A stretch of 33,491 nt of DNA from Octopus bimaculoides. Taxonomy: Eukaryota. Below, piece by piece: positions 33,252-33,491 of the stretch. Under the pieces are notes generated by a model. That model was not told the DNA's origin. It worked only from the letters and a program-made list of their open reading frames with translations, and did no database searches. A program made the translations under genes and the position numbers. The first letter of the stretch is position 1. Every line of letters begins with the position of its first letter. The DNA is taken from the NCBI RefSeq assembly GCF_001194135.2, contig NC_068981.1, positions 144,560,160 through 144,593,650 on the forward strand, written 5' to 3'.

Positions 33252-33286
<35 letters not shown>
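33225..33286 (+). repeat. (TG)n-(AG)n compound microsatellite
   Basis: Seen directly. Confidence 0.95.
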
Positions 33287-33287
<1 letters not shown>

Positions 33288-33295
33288 CCTTTATA

Positions 33296-33330
33296 TACGA
33301 GGGCAATTTTTCATTGAGTCCTTAAGAATT
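33296..33330. mobile_element. Possible mariner-type TIR start
   Basis: TA-CGAGGGC resembles the start of mariner TIRs. No partner TIR or ORF inside the window. Confidence 0.3.
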
Positions 33331-33491
33331 TTCTGACCGCACCTATTGAACAGTTATCGATGTCATAATACTTCGAAAGTTTTTCTAAAAGCAGCGAACC
33401 ATAAACACAAACATCTAGAGCAACATAACCGACCAATTCTCCAGAAATGTGCTATACTAAACGGAAAAGCAAAACTAACAAGCAAAAAACT

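Overview
AT-rich, microsatellite-dense eukaryotic (animal) genomic DNA with five assembly gaps. The repeat families look like those of an octopod cephalopod; this is inference from the SINE sequences, not a database result. I found no intact protein-coding gene, rRNA, true tRNA or CRISPR array, and the listed ORFs are mostly artefacts of N-runs, microsatellites and SINEs. The window is intronic or intergenic and filled with decayed mobile DNA: many tRNA-derived SINEs (a 5-copy head-to-tail array at 2.5-3.7 kb), five fragments of restriction-like-endonuclease (RLE) non-LTR retrotransposons at 5.3-9.7 kb (four R4/Dong-like, one sitting inside a (TAA)n array), two dead mariner transposons at 9.8-11.9 kb, and RTE/CR1/APE LINE remnants. 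The most interesting signal is at 21.3-26.3 kb: four minimal type-I hammerhead-ribozyme-like motifs from three Penelope-like families. One pair lies in inverted repeats flanking a GIY-YIG remnant, and one near-intact motif is enclosed by its own terminal inverted repeat. An unclassified ~550-bp element occurs twice, each time directly behind a SINE (ATT)n tail. A few isolated splice-site-bounded segments are weak candidate host exons. All alignments and folds were done by eye.
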